Shown piece after piece: positions 19,088-29,368 of a DNA stretch of 64,000 nucleotides. Each line of letters opens with the position of its first letter. The stretch's first letter is position 1. Made by a program: the position numbers and the translations under genes. The stretch covers positions 64,001-128,000 of the forward strand of contig CAWIEK010000024.1 in NCBI GenBank assembly GCA_963835065.1. The letters are read 5' to 3'. The notes below the pieces were generated by a model. The model was given only the letters and a program-made list of their open reading frames with translations, was not told where the DNA came from and searched no databases. Source of the DNA: an uncultured Chthonomonadaceae bacterium. GTDB taxonomy: Bacteria > Armatimonadota > Chthonomonadetes > Chthonomonadales > Chthonomonadaceae.

Positions 19088-19445
19088 TAATATAAGCATA
19101 GCGCGGCGCGGTCAACTTTACTGGCTGGATTGGAACCCGGCGCGCGGCTCGGAGCAGGCAGGACGGCGTCCCGCGCTCGTCGTACAGCAGAATACCGCCA
19201 GCGCCAACCCCAACTATCCGCTGACGATTGTGGCTGCCGTTACTACCAAAGGGCGCGACAATGTACCCTCCCATGTTGCCATTGCTCCGACACCGGGCAA
19301 CGGCCTTTCCGCGCCTTCTTATGTTAAGTGCGAACAGGTTCAGACCGTGAGCAAGGAGCGGTTAGACGCCTTTATCGGCGAACTTTCCGACACGGACATG
19401 GAGCGTGTTTCTGACGCGCTCAAACGTGTTTTCGCGTTGCTATAA
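19080..19445 (+). CDS. mazF: MazF/PemK family endoribonuclease toxin
   Basis: RRGQLYW.D.NPARGSEQAGRRPALVV, CEQVQTVSKERL. Confidence 0.92.
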   Translation: MSDNISIARRGQLYWLDWNPARGSEQAGRRPALVVQQNTASANPNYPLTIVAAVTTKGRDNVPSHVAIAPTPGNGLSAPSYVKCEQVQTVSKERLDAFIGELSDTDMERVSDALKRVFALL

Positions 19446-19510
19446 CTGGGCGCAGGGCAAACTCGATTACGCGGCGTCAATGACAATGCCGCACATCCGA
19501 TTATCAAGCC

Positions 19511-19548
19511 AAAAGGCGAAAGTACCTGAAATGGTATTTTCGCCTTTT
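19511..19548. terminator. Bidirectional terminator between convergent mazF and exosortase genes
   Basis: aaaaggcgaaagtacc-tgaaat-ggtattttcgcctttt, with an A-tract and a T-tract on the flanks. Confidence 0.75.
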
Positions 19549-19571
19549 ATCTTATGCCTAATGCCTAATGC

Positions 19572-21350
19572 CTAATGCCTCTCATTGGCGGGACGCGACG
19601 GATGCGGCGGGGCTTCGGGCTGGCCGGGAACCGTGCCGTGCAGGACGGGGCCGATGTTCTGCCACAAGCCCCCGATGAAGTTGCGCATCTGCCGGCGCTG
19701 CGGTTCGTCTGTACCCGGCGCTTCCTGGCACACGCGCACGAAGTACGAGGGTTGGCCGCCGTCGCCGAAGAACGTCTGCCAGATTAAGGCGTTGCGTATC
19801 TGGCGCGTGGATTGCAGCACCTTGCCCTGCACCACATAACAGAACATCATCTCGGTTTTTACCGGGCTGCCCGTCTGCTTGAAGTGCGATTCCTGCACCT
19901 GGATGGTTTCCCCAGGCGTGGCAATCGGGATCGTTCCCTGATCCAAAATCACGGCATCGCTGCCCAACGCGCAGTTGTGCGGGTCGTGGAACACCTTGCG
20001 CCCCGTGCCCGCCGTCATAAACAACTGGATACGCGAACCGTCGCTGCCCTCGTAATCGCGGTTCACCACGCGCAGGGGATTGAGCATTTCCAGCTGTGCT
20101 TCCGGCAGCGTGTCCGTTTCCTCCAGGGGGCTTTCCTTGTAAGTATAGGTGACGCCGTTATACGTGAACGTTTTCGGAACTTGAAAAGTGGCAATCGGCG
20201 CTTTCTGCGTGGGCACGGTGCTGCGCAGGGCGGCATAACTCACCAGTGACAGCAGCAGAACCACGTCCAGCACGACCACTTGCGGCAATGCGCGGCGCAA
20301 CTGCCCCGTTGTTGGACGCCAGCCCAGGATTTCCTGCCACCATTCCGGCGCGGGAACCACTTCCGCGCCCCCGGCTTCTCTGGCGGCTCTGGCGATCTCT
20401 CGATCCCGCTTTTCCACTTCATCCGTCAGGGGTACGCCCAAAAACCGCTCACACTTCAAAATACGCGCAAAGTTGAACAGGAACGTGAAGGCGAGAATCA
20501 GCACGATGAAGCCGCTGTAGTCGTGGAAAAACTGCGCCGAACTGGTGCTGAACAACTCGCCCACCACGCCGATAAGCGCGATGCGCAGGCCGTTGATGAG
20601 CAGGCTGAGGGGAGCCGTCGCCAGAAACAGCGTCCAGCGCTTCCAGACGGGGGCTTCCACCAGATAGGCGAACGCAGCGGAAAAGGTGAGCAGCGAGAGC
20701 AGGGTTTTGAAGCCGCTGCACGGCAGTTCCACCGCCATGCGGTAATGCTCCATGTGTATCTGCGTACCCTCCTGTGTGGAAGGCAGGCCGATATGCGTCA
20801 TCATCCAGGTGGCGATTTGCGCGGATTTCAATTGGATCGGAAACGCGATGCCGTTAATCAACTGGTCGGGAATAAGCGGCATCATCATGGTAACGAACAG
20901 GAGGGGGAACAGCAGCAGCCGCGTTTTGGGCGTTCCCAAGAACAGCAGGCTGCCGCCCACCAGCAGAAAGATGAACGACACCGACTGCACGGTTGGTATA
21001 TCCGAATGGAGGGCCAGCAGCAGCAATGCCAGTCCCGGCACGATCAAGGCCAGTCCCGTCCACGAGGGCTGCCAGCGCACATGGTGCAGGCGCTCCCGGC
21101 TGCGCCACAGCATGACGGCCACGAAAAACGGCACGAACGCGGCATGGGCGTAAAAGCTGCCGGGCGTTTTCCATTCGTAGTACCAGATCAAAAACGTGTT
21201 GGAGTACAACGCCAGGGCCAGCACAAGCGCCGCCACATACGGCAGGCTGTACACCAGGCGTTTTGAGTCGGAACCGGGCACGGGCATCGGGTTGCGATTA
21301 TGGGAATCTTGCGCGTCAGTTGACGCGCGGCTGTCAAGAGTATCCATCAA
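19572..21350 (-). CDS. Exosortase with C-terminal EpsI domain
   Basis: Multi-TM protein with putative triad C (VELPCSG), R (NGLRI), H (FFHDYSG); EpsI-like HDPHNC in the C-terminal domain. Confidence 0.9.
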   Translation of the reverse strand: MMDTLDSRASTDAQDSHNRNPMPVPGSDSKRLVYSLPYVAALVLALALYSNTFLIWYYEWKTPGSFYAHAAFVPFFVAVMLWRSRERLHHVRWQPSWTGLALIVPGLALLLLALHSDIPTVQSVSFIFLLVGGSLLFLGTPKTRLLLFPLLFVTMMMPLIPDQLINGIAFPIQLKSAQIATWMMTHIGLPSTQEGTQIHMEHYRMAVELPCSGFKTLLSLLTFSAAFAYLVEAPVWKRWTLFLATAPLSLLINGLRIALIGVVGELFSTSSAQFFHDYSGFIVLILAFTFLFNFARILKCERFLGVPLTDEVEKRDREIARAAREAGGAEVVPAPEWWQEILGWRPTTGQLRRALPQVVVLDVVLLLSLVSYAALRSTVPTQKAPIATFQVPKTFTYNGVTYTYKESPLEETDTLPEAQLEMLNPLRVVNRDYEGSDGSRIQLFMTAGTGRKVFHDPHNCALGSDAVILDQGTIPIATPGETIQVQESHFKQTGSPVKTEMMFCYVVQGKVLQSTRQIRNALIWQTFFGDGGQPSYFVRVCQEAPGTDEPQRRQMRNFIGGLWQNIGPVLHGTVPGQPEAPPHPSRPANERH

Positions 21351-21376
21351 ATTTTGCTTTCAAAGCGCGAAGTGTC

Positions 21377-22303
21377 TTATTTTTTATCTTTGCCGAGGAA
21401 ATGCTCGATCATCGGCTTGTCGTTTTGGTCTTCACTCTTGAAGCCTTCCCCGCTGCCCCACAGTTTGTTCAGATACTCCGCCGAAGGCTTGGCGCGTTTG
21501 GCCGCGACCGTTTCACGCAGTTTTTCATGCGTTTTCTTGTCGTTCAAATCGGCTTTCTTGCCCGGCTGAATGTCCATCAGGCTAACCAGTAATTTCTGAG
21601 CGCCCGCCTGCGCAAAGACATCGGGGGGAAACTCCTGTACCTGTCCCGGCTTCATGTCGAAAATCTTCGCGTTCTGCTTGGTTCCGAAGGGCTGCACGAA
21701 CGTAAAGACGTTGTTGTCGCCGACAAACCGCACCGAACTGAGGAAGTTGCTTTGAATCAGGTTGATGCTGACGTTCTTTTCCATCAACTGCTTGATTTTA
21801 TCCAGGTCGTTGAGGTCGGTGACAAGGGCCAGGCGCGTATGCGCTTTGGCGGGCGTGTCGTATGCCTGCGGCTGCGCGTTGTACTCGTCCTTGATCTGGT
21901 CCTCGGATACGGGAATATCAATCGTGCGCAGGCGAACGTCTTCCATTTGCTGCCGGATACGCGCCTTGTATTCCGCTTCCATAAAGGGCTGCGCGGCGAC
22001 CTGCTGCGCGAACTGTAAATTAAGCTCGCGCATTTCGTTGAACGCCTCATCCACCTCTTTCGGATCGGGGGCGACCTTGCGCTTGTTGGCCTCATCTTCG
22101 AGCATATAGCGCTGAATCATGTTGAACTTCACGGCGGGGCCGCTGTTCTGGCTCAGGTAATCGTAAATATCCTGCTGCGTGACAGCATGGTTGTTGTAGG
22201 TCATGACCACGCGCCGGTTACGGAAGCGCTGGTACATGAAAGCATTGGCCGCCAGAGAAATCAGCAGCATTACAACGAGAATCAAACGAACCGCATTTCG
22301 CAT
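21377..22303 (-). CDS. SurA/PrsA-like membrane-anchored chaperone / peptidyl-prolyl isomerase
   Basis: N-terminal anchor, VTQQDIYDYL, VSEDQIKDEY, IFDMKPGQV; next to exosortase. Confidence 0.65.
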   Translation of the reverse strand: MRNAVRLILVVMLLISLAANAFMYQRFRNRRVVMTYNNHAVTQQDIYDYLSQNSGPAVKFNMIQRYMLEDEANKRKVAPDPKEVDEAFNEMRELNLQFAQQVAAQPFMEAEYKARIRQQMEDVRLRTIDIPVSEDQIKDEYNAQPQAYDTPAKAHTRLALVTDLNDLDKIKQLMEKNVSINLIQSNFLSSVRFVGDNNVFTFVQPFGTKQNAKIFDMKPGQVQEFPPDVFAQAGAQKLLVSLMDIQPGKKADLNDKKTHEKLRETVAAKRAKPSAEYLNKLWGSGEGFKSEDQNDKPMIEHFLGKDKK

Positions 22304-22459
22304 CAGGTAATACTCCCCTGCGCTCCGCGACGTCCCTGTCGAAAACCGGGTCGGAGACAGGCTGTTAGATAAAGGTTGGAGAAACAATGTTAGACTTACG
22401 CCGGAACGCGCAAATCAGGCCGCAAACGGCGTAAATGTCAGAGCGCATCCTACTATAAA

Positions 22460-23542
22460 TCATCCCGCGCGCTGCAAGCGTTGCGCGTGTAAATTCCGGG
22501 TAACGTCGGCAATTCGGGCTACCCAGTGTTCCAGGGACATAGACGTTTCAATATCGCGCCGCGCCTGTTCGCCCATGCGCCGCGCTTCTTCGGGATCATT
22601 CAGCAGGCGCGTAATCGCTTTGCGCCAGCCTTCCACGTCGCCAGGCATCACGTACAGGCCGTTTTCCCCGTGCCGAATGGCATCCTTTTGCCCCGTCGTG
22701 CTGGTGGTGACAATGGCTTTGCCCATCGCCATGCCTTCCAGGATGGTAGTAATGCCCGCCTGAAAATCGTTTTCGTACAGGGGCACAACCACAAACTGCG
22801 AATCCGCGTACAATCGCCGCAGTTCGTTATACTCATACCGCCGCGCGCTGACGTTGGGCGGCAGAGTTCGGTTTTCGGTTTCGTTGCGGTGCTTGCTCCA
22901 CGGACTCGCCGCCGCAAGCCGCACTTCCACGTCCATGCCTGCCACCGCTTCCAACAAAGTCGGATAATCCCGCCATTCCAGTCCCGCGCTGCAAACCATG
23001 CGCGGGGGCGCGTCCGGGGCGGGCGGCAGCGGGCGATAAAAACACTGGTCGGCATGAAACGGAATCAAATGCAGTTTCGATTCGGGAATGTTCAAATTCT
23101 GCCGCGCAAACTCGTACTGCGTGGCGGCATACACGAAAATCGCGTCCATCTGCGCCTGCAAGCCTTTCAGCAGCAGGCGTTTCTTGCCCGTTGAGACTTT
23201 ATGCCCGATAAGCACATGGCCGGGGCGTCGCTTGCCGTGCCGTTTCAGCAGCATCGCAAGCGGAATACCAACATTTTCCCCATTTGAATAAATAATATCA
23301 TATTTATCCCGCTGCGCGTAGCCCAAAGCGGCAAGCGCGGCATCTTTGCCCATCCGTTGCGCCAGCCGCGCCACCAAGGGGTTCGACGGGTTTTCCAGCG
23401 CGGCATAATCCAGCAAGTCCGCGTTCAAGGCTTCCTGCAGCGCGTAATAGTCCATCCGGGGATGGGCATCCGCCTGCGCAGCCTCAGCAATTCCCTGTTT
23501 GGCAACGCTCGGCACGAGCATCAATACACGAGGCAAGGACAA
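22460..23542 (-). CDS. Glycosyltransferase family 4
   Basis: AGITTILEGMAMGKAIV..HGENG GT4 motif. Confidence 0.9.
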   Translation of the reverse strand: MSLPRVLMLVPSVAKQGIAEAAQADAHPRMDYYALQEALNADLLDYAALENPSNPLVARLAQRMGKDAALAALGYAQRDKYDIIYSNGENVGIPLAMLLKRHGKRRPGHVLIGHKVSTGKKRLLLKGLQAQMDAIFVYAATQYEFARQNLNIPESKLHLIPFHADQCFYRPLPPAPDAPPRMVCSAGLEWRDYPTLLEAVAGMDVEVRLAAASPWSKHRNETENRTLPPNVSARRYEYNELRRLYADSQFVVVPLYENDFQAGITTILEGMAMGKAIVTTSTTGQKDAIRHGENGLYVMPGDVEGWRKAITRLLNDPEEARRMGEQARRDIETSMSLEHWVARIADVTRNLHAQRLQRAG

Positions 23543-23557
23543 GATAGTTCACTCCAT

Positions 23558-23676
23558 AGGTTTCAGGTTTCAGGTTTCAGGGGATATACTTCTGTATTGT
23601 CCCTGATGCTCTCAAAGGCCAGCCAAACATTACGGGCATGTGTTTACTGAGACCTGAAACCTGAAACCTGAAACCT
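23558..23676. repeat. Inverted pair of heptamer repeats (AGGTTTC)n / (GAAACCT)n; right arm encodes the GT4 C-terminus FQVSGFRS
   Basis: aggtttcaggtttcaggtttcagg ... ctgagacctgaaacctgaaacctgaaacct. Confidence 0.9.
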
Positions 23677-24783
23677 TTCTGCTGCCACCCTCTTCGCCAG
23701 CGCCAGAATAGCCGTATAATTGCGGCAGGCGTCGAAGCGGGTTTCCGCCAGTTTGCGGGACGCGCGGGACATGGCGGCGCGTTTGGGTTCATCGGCCAGC
23801 AGGGCGCGTACGGCCTGTGCTACCGCGCCGGAATCGCCGGGGGGAACCATCAGGCCGTTGACCCCTGCTTCCACTTCCTCGCGCAATGCGCCCACATCCG
23901 TTGTAATCACGGGCAGTCCCGCCGCCATCGCTTCCATGACCGCAAGCGGCAGGCAATCGCCCTTTGTCGGGAACACGAATACATCGGCCTGCGCGTACAA
24001 GTTAAGAAGTTCGGGACTGTTGGCCGTCAAGCCCTGATGTACCCGGATGCCTTCTATTCCCGCCAGTTCGCGGGCGGCTCCGGCGTCTTTGGTAACAATG
24101 TCAAGAGCGCAGTCCGCTTGCAGGCCACCGCAAAACGCTTCCACGAGTTCCGGCCCGCCCTTGCGCGCGAAATCGCCGCCCACGAACAACAGCCGCAGGA
24201 GGCTCCCCGCTTTGCGCGTTCGCGCTTCCTGCCCGAAATTCCATTTCGCCATATCCACGCCCGGCGGAATCACAGTTACTTTATCCGCCGCAACGCCGTA
24301 TTGCTCCACTAAAGAGTCCTTTGCCCATTGGCACCAGGTTGTCAGCGCGGCGGCGGCATGGAACGTGCGGCGATTCCATTGATATTTACGGCGTTCCAGC
24401 CACGAATCGTTACCCTGTTGATGTCCATATTCGGCTCCAACCGTGTCATAGTTCAGGGGTGTGGCATCCAAAGAGAGGATTGTCGGCACGCGCCGCATCC
24501 ATTCCATAGCAAACAGGGAAGTTGTCTGGGTATGAAAAAACAGCGCGTCGAAGGATTGGCCTGTTCCGGCTGCGTTCAAAGCGTCACGGGCGCGCAGGCT
24601 TGCTTTCAGGGACCAGTTGCCGCGCACAACCGGCAGATGCTCCCAAATGTCGGCGGTATCCGAGACAATGGGCAGCCAGGTGGGAGCGATTTCGGCGTCT
24701 TGTTCCGCCCAATGCGCCAGGTTCTGATGGTGCGTCACATGCCCAAGCGCCTGCTCCATAATAAACGCGATTCGTGTTGCCAT
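23644..24783 (-). CDS. Glycosyltransferase family 4
   Basis: ADVFVFPT.GDCLPLAVMEAMAAGLPVI..VG motif. Confidence 0.92.
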   Translation of the reverse strand: MATRIAFIMEQALGHVTHHQNLAHWAEQDAEIAPTWLPIVSDTADIWEHLPVVRGNWSLKASLRARDALNAAGTGQSFDALFFHTQTTSLFAMEWMRRVPTILSLDATPLNYDTVGAEYGHQQGNDSWLERRKYQWNRRTFHAAAALTTWCQWAKDSLVEQYGVAADKVTVIPPGVDMAKWNFGQEARTRKAGSLLRLLFVGGDFARKGGPELVEAFCGGLQADCALDIVTKDAGAARELAGIEGIRVHQGLTANSPELLNLYAQADVFVFPTKGDCLPLAVMEAMAAGLPVITTDVGALREEVEAGVNGLMVPPGDSGAVAQAVRALLADEPKRAAMSRASRKLAETRFDACRNYTAILALAKRVAAERFQVSGFRSQ

Positions 24784-24786
24784 TGC

Positions 24787-24852
24787 CTATCCTGAGAATG
24801 CCGGTATTCGGTGTTCGGTATTCGGTGTTCGGACAATCCAGCATGTTTATGC
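24787..24852 (-). repeat. 66-bp dispersed element, copy 1 (copy 2 at 40205-40270)
   Basis: Minus strand gcataaacatgctggattgtccgaacaccgaataccgaacaccgaataccggcattctcaggatag closely matches 40205-40270. Confidence 0.85.
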
Positions 24853-24951
24853 TCGAAGGTGAACGTAGTTCATACGGGCTGTTCTCGTTTTCGCCATACA
24901 GAGAAACCATTGCGCGAACCGGCGCGATACCCCTTCGCCGCCACCCACGCC

Positions 24952-24967
24952 TGCTATCGTTATGCCA
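24952..24967 (-). promoter_or_regulatory. Possible sigma54 -24/-12 promoter TGGCATAACGATAGCA
   Basis: GG-N10-GC spacing, ~170 bp upstream of the GT4 start at 24783. Confidence 0.4.
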
Positions 24968-25166
24968 CAAATAGCCCGCGCATCCACGAAAAATCACAAA
25001 AATTGCTGAAAAACTCACCGGCACGGGAGAGCGATACGGAGAAAAAAAGGCGCATACGAAGGATCAGACACAAGATCGGTACTTGAACGCCCAATTACTG
25101 CACCTCTGACATCTCAATACTAATACCACTCAAATAGAGCCAACTTTTTGGTTGAGCGGCAATTAT

Positions 25167-25262
25167 GTAGGGGCGCAATTTATTGCGCCCGCTTGCCGGT
25201 AATTCAGCCGATCTCTGCTCCATTACCCTACATGATGCCGACGCAATAAATTGCGCTCCTAC
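25167..25262. repeat. GTAG-type REP doublet (REPIN-like)
   Basis: GTAGGGGCGCAATTTATTGCGCCC ... GACGCAATAAATTGCGCTCCTAC; inverted copies, each internally palindromic. Confidence 0.8.
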
Positions 25263-25266
25263 GCCT

Positions 25267-26530
25267 TTATCCTCGCGGAGGGACGGCGGAGCAGGCTGCG
25301 TCGAAAGCCTCAACGCCTTGCTGCCTTTTCTGAAGCAGTTGAAGGTGAAATTGCTGCATCGTCTGCACGATGGATTCCCAACTGTAGTTTTGTTCCACCA
25401 GGGCGCGGCCTGCCGTACCCAGGCGCGCGGACAACTCGCGGTCTTCCATCAGGCGGACGACGGCTTGGGCAAAGGCTTGCGGGTCGTCTTCCATCAGCAG
25501 GTGTTCGCCGTCGCGCACTTCAATGCCTTCGCAGCCCAGCCGCGTGGACACCATCGGCTTGCCCATCGCCAGCCCTTCCAGCACTTTCAGGCGCGTACCG
25601 CTGCCCATGCGCAGGGGAACCACGAAAATGGAAGCGTTTTGAATGTACGGGCGCACGTCCGGCACTTCTCCCGTGACCTTCACATTCGGGCTGGCAAGCC
25701 GCAGGATTTCATCGGGTGGCCCCATGCCCACAATGGAAAAGACGGCTTCAGGACGCGCCTTGACGATGTGCGGCAGCACTTCATGGACAAAAAATAAAAC
25801 GGCGTCCGTGTTGGGCCGATAGCTGATAAGGCCGGTAAATACCAGGCTGTTCGGGTCAACGGGTTTGGGAGACGGCTGAAAATACTCGATGTCAACGCCG
25901 TTGGGCGCGACGTGCGTGGGCTTGGCGGGCATTTGCGCGTTTAGTATCTGCTGTTCGCGCTCCGACGTTAAAATGCAGGCGTCCGCTTTCTGCCAGCAGA
26001 TGCTGCTCTTCCCGCTTGAACTTGGCGTATTCCATCCAATTGTACAGGCGGCGCAGGGGCGAGCGCTCCGTCTGGTACATGCGGTACAGCAGTTCGTACT
26101 CCAGGTTGTGTTCATCCACGACCAGAACGGGTTTGGTTCCGAACGGGTAGGAGCCTAACTGACTGGATTCGATCTGCACGATGTCATAATTTTCGGTTTC
26201 CAGCAGGCGCGTCAGCAAGGCTTGCATGGCCGACGTGCGCAGGCTGCCGGTGGAAAAGGAGCGGGGCGACAACAGCGAAAACAACTGCGCAACCCGTTTG
26301 TCCGCCTGATGGTTGAGCGGCGCGGGAGCCGTATGAACGGCATGGCAGATTTTTTGCAGCGCGGCGATCTTGGCTTCTTCGCCGGGATGGGCGTAGCAAA
26401 GCAGTGACACCTGATGCGTTCGGGAAAGGTGCTTGAGGAACTGATAGACTCGAATCCCAAAACCCCAGTTCGGCGGGTAAGGAATGGAAGGCGTCACAAC
26501 TAAGATGCGCTGGCACATGGGGTTGTTCAT
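25267..26530 (-). CDS. Glycosyltransferase family 4, split by a +1 frameshift near 26000
   Basis: N-part ILVVTPSIPYPPNWG..VDEHNLEYEL; C-part PNGVD..VPLRMGSGTRLKVLEGLAMGKP in the adjacent frame. Confidence 0.85.
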
Positions 26531-26628
26531 TACCAAAAAACTTCACTGAGGGATATGTCCCGGAACGGTGAAAAGTGGATATATCATTCTAGCACAGATA
26601 GGGCGGTCGCGCCTACTGCCATGTAGGG

Positions 26629-26739
26629 AGGAAGATAAGAGATAAGAGATAAGAGTAAATGCCTCTGTTACTCAATGTTTTCTCTAAGCTGGAAAAGCCC
26701 GTCAGTTCCAAACTCTTATCTCTTATCTCTTATCTTCCT
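26629..26739. repeat. Perfect 28-bp inverted repeat built from (GATAAGA)n / (TCTTATC)n
   Basis: 26629-26656 is the exact reverse complement of 26712-26739. Confidence 0.95.
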
Positions 26740-27949
26740 AACTCCTCCGCGTATTCATAAAGGGCCGTTCGCAGAGCAGGTAGAACCCATACGCGACGGC
26801 AATAATTATTGGCAGGCCAAAGAGAGCCAGCAGGGCGAAACCCCGGACGTCTTCCATACCGAGCGGGCGCAGGGCGTAGCGCACCAGAAACACGACAATA
26901 GGTACATGGATCAGATACAAACTGTAAGAAAATGTTCCCAGCCAAGCCAGAGGACGCCAGGAACAGACGCGATTGACGAGACTTCGCGGCGCAATCGACG
27001 CGATAACCAGCAGGCAGGCCGCGCATACGCCCGTCGGCAAGTCATACAACGGATACTGCAGAAGGGCATTTTCGTAGCCCAATGCGGCGGCCAGGCCGGC
27101 AACAATGCCGACGCACAACGCCGCCGTCCATCCGAAAGGAAACCGTTCGCGGAAGCGCTGCAAGCGCGGTTCGGTGGAAAAGGCAACCGAAGCCGCCGCC
27201 ATGCCGAGCGCGAACAATCCCAGGTACTGCACCGACATGCGGGCAAAGCGGGTATCCCGCAAAATGTAACACAGCGCATACCCGGCAAGGAGCAGGGTCA
27301 GCGTGACCGCAAAGTTGCCGTAGCGGCGCAGGCCGATGAGCAGCAGGGGAAACAAAAAGTATATCTGAAACTCGGTTGCGATAGACCAGTACACATAGCT
27401 GATGCGTCCGGCCCCGTAAGCGTTTTGCAGCAGCAACAGGTGGCTGATAAAATCGGACGGGCGCACGGTCATTGCCGAGTCAAAGTGGCTGCCGCCGGGC
27501 GTACGGAAAATCACAAAGATAAAAAACAGCGTGAACGCGATGGAAAAGTAATAGGGCGGGAGGATGCGCCGGAAACGCCGCTGGAAGAACCGCCGAACGC
27601 CGCCCTTCAACACGCCGCCCGCTTTCAGAACCGGCAGCATCAGGCAAAACCCGGAAATCACGATAAACACGCTCACGGACAAATGCCCGAAGATCAGCAG
27701 ATAGGAAAGAAAGCCATAAGGAGCCGAGGGAAGCCCCCGTTCCAGCCACAATTCCAGGTAAAAGTGATTGAAAACAACCACCAGCGCGGCCAGCGCGCGC
27801 AAGCCTTCCACAAAGACGAGATGGGGCTTCTGCTCCTCTTTTACTGCCGGGGCGGATTGTTCCGTTGGATGTTCTGCGGCGCGATCTTCGCGGGCGATTG
27901 CCGTTTCCTGCGGGGGAACGGCAATCCTCCTGCTTGCTGCTGTCTCCAT
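26738..27949 (-). CDS. Acyltransferase family 3 (OafA-like O-acyltransferase)
   Basis: EGLRALAALVVVFNH, VFIVISGF, FFQRRFRRILPPY, WSIATEFQIY, GTFSYSLYLIH. Confidence 0.92.
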   Translation of the reverse strand: METAASRRIAVPPQETAIAREDRAAEHPTEQSAPAVKEEQKPHLVFVEGLRALAALVVVFNHFYLELWLERGLPSAPYGFLSYLLIFGHLSVSVFIVISGFCLMLPVLKAGGVLKGGVRRFFQRRFRRILPPYYFSIAFTLFFIFVIFRTPGGSHFDSAMTVRPSDFISHLLLLQNAYGAGRISYVYWSIATEFQIYFLFPLLLIGLRRYGNFAVTLTLLLAGYALCYILRDTRFARMSVQYLGLFALGMAAASVAFSTEPRLQRFRERFPFGWTAALCVGIVAGLAAALGYENALLQYPLYDLPTGVCAACLLVIASIAPRSLVNRVCSWRPLAWLGTFSYSLYLIHVPIVVFLVRYALRPLGMEDVRGFALLALFGLPIIIAVAYGFYLLCERPFMNTRRS

Positions 27950-28104
27950 AAACTTGCCTTCTAACTTCAACACTGCCTCAACACAGATGTTGCGCACTAC
28001 GCAAGAGCGCAACGAAATGAATTTCTTTGCTGTAGGGCGTTCCGCCCAATGTCCGCCTGCGCGGACATAACATTCTTCACGTAAACGGTTTCCATCAAGA
28101 AGCG

Positions 28105-29361
28105 CTACGGACGATTCTTTACGCTTGCCGACTGACTGCGGGCGCTTGCCGAGATTTTACTCGAGGCAGCAACCACGTTGATGAGCGGCGCGAGGTCTGC
28201 GGCCAGGGCGTTTGCCAGCAGGCGGTTCCCGTCGGGCAGCATGTGGTCATTGTCATGAAACAGCGGGTCGGGAACCAGTTCGCTGTAATCCTTGCAGGGA
28301 ACACCCGGCGCGGTCATGGATGTGGCGAGCGCTTTGCGGCTTGCGGCATAAATGGCTCTGGGAATGGCGTAACCGGTGGCTGCCGGGTTCTGCGGCGTGA
28401 TATAAAACAGGCACGGCAGATGCGTGTCCGCCGCCATTTGCGCCAGGTGTCGGTAGAATTGGCAGTTCAAATCCGTTTCATCAAAGTCGCGCCGATAATC
28501 CCCCAAAAAGTTTTGCAGTTGTAAACCGCGCCCGTTCCACGGCATCATGCCCAATTTGCCCATTTTTTTGGCAACGCCTACGCCCGTCATTACGGCGGGA
28601 TTGGGCAGGCTGTACGGAACGCGCGGCTGTACGCCGAACAGTTTGGCGTTGATGGCCTGCCGCAGTCCCATAAACCGGCAGTTTTCCTCGATGCTCCAGG
28701 TGAGCGCGTCCTCGAAGCGCTTTTTGGCGTCGCGGGCGGGAACATAAGGCACAAGCGCGGGCGGGATGGAAGCCAGATTGTAGGCCAGCCAGGGTTCCGC
28801 GAGCGGGCGCTGAGAAACATCCAGGCTGGTCGTAAAATAATTGCCTTCCACGACGATGCAGTCCGGCTTACCTTCCAGCGCTTTTTGCAGCAGGCACATC
28901 TCATCCAGCGAACGCGCGCCCGCCACGCTGAAATTCCACACATGGATGTTCTGGCGCGGCAGGGCATTACGCAACGCCTGTTCCAGATATACGGGGATGG
29001 TTTCCGATTTGGCGAGCAATGCGCTGCCCACAACCGTCGAATCCCCGATAACCACCACTTTGTAGGCGGTATCGCGCCGCATCTGCGCGGCAAAAGCGTT
29101 TTCCAGCGCGGGCGTGGGAAAGTTGTCGAGCCGCTCCGTTTGCAGGCAGGTCGAGGTATCGAAATACAGGCGCGTCGCCAGTTCCGCAAGCAGCAAAAAC
29201 GCCAGGCAGAACAGCCAGGGGCGCAGCGTGACATACCAGGGCACAAGCGGATTGTCCCGTGTCTTATCCGCCACGACGACATCCGCCAGTTCCGTTTCCC
29301 GCGTCGGATTGCTGCCGCGTACCACTTCTTTTTCAGGTTGTTCGGGGGCTGATTGGTTCAT
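28105..29361 (-). CDS. SGNH-hydrolase-fold acyltransferase (DltD/AlgJ-like)
   Basis: N-terminal TM anchor, IGDST nucleophile motif, C-terminal DNDH (DxxH); downstream of an MBOAT gene. Confidence 0.75.
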   Translation of the reverse strand: MNQSAPEQPEKEVVRGSNPTRETELADVVVADKTRDNPLVPWYVTLRPWLFCLAFLLLAELATRLYFDTSTCLQTERLDNFPTPALENAFAAQMRRDTAYKVVVIGDSTVVGSALLAKSETIPVYLEQALRNALPRQNIHVWNFSVAGARSLDEMCLLQKALEGKPDCIVVEGNYFTTSLDVSQRPLAEPWLAYNLASIPPALVPYVPARDAKKRFEDALTWSIEENCRFMGLRQAINAKLFGVQPRVPYSLPNPAVMTGVGVAKKMGKLGMMPWNGRGLQLQNFLGDYRRDFDETDLNCQFYRHLAQMAADTHLPCLFYITPQNPAATGYAIPRAIYAASRKALATSMTAPGVPCKDYSELVPDPLFHDNDHMLPDGNRLLANALAADLAPLINVVAASSKISASARSQSASVKNRP

Positions 29362-29368
29362 ATAACGC

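Noticed and set aside
19449..19500. CAGGGCAAAC resembling the start of a c-di-GMP-I riboswitch
   Set aside because: No following GNRA hairpin or second stem, and it lies between convergent gene ends.
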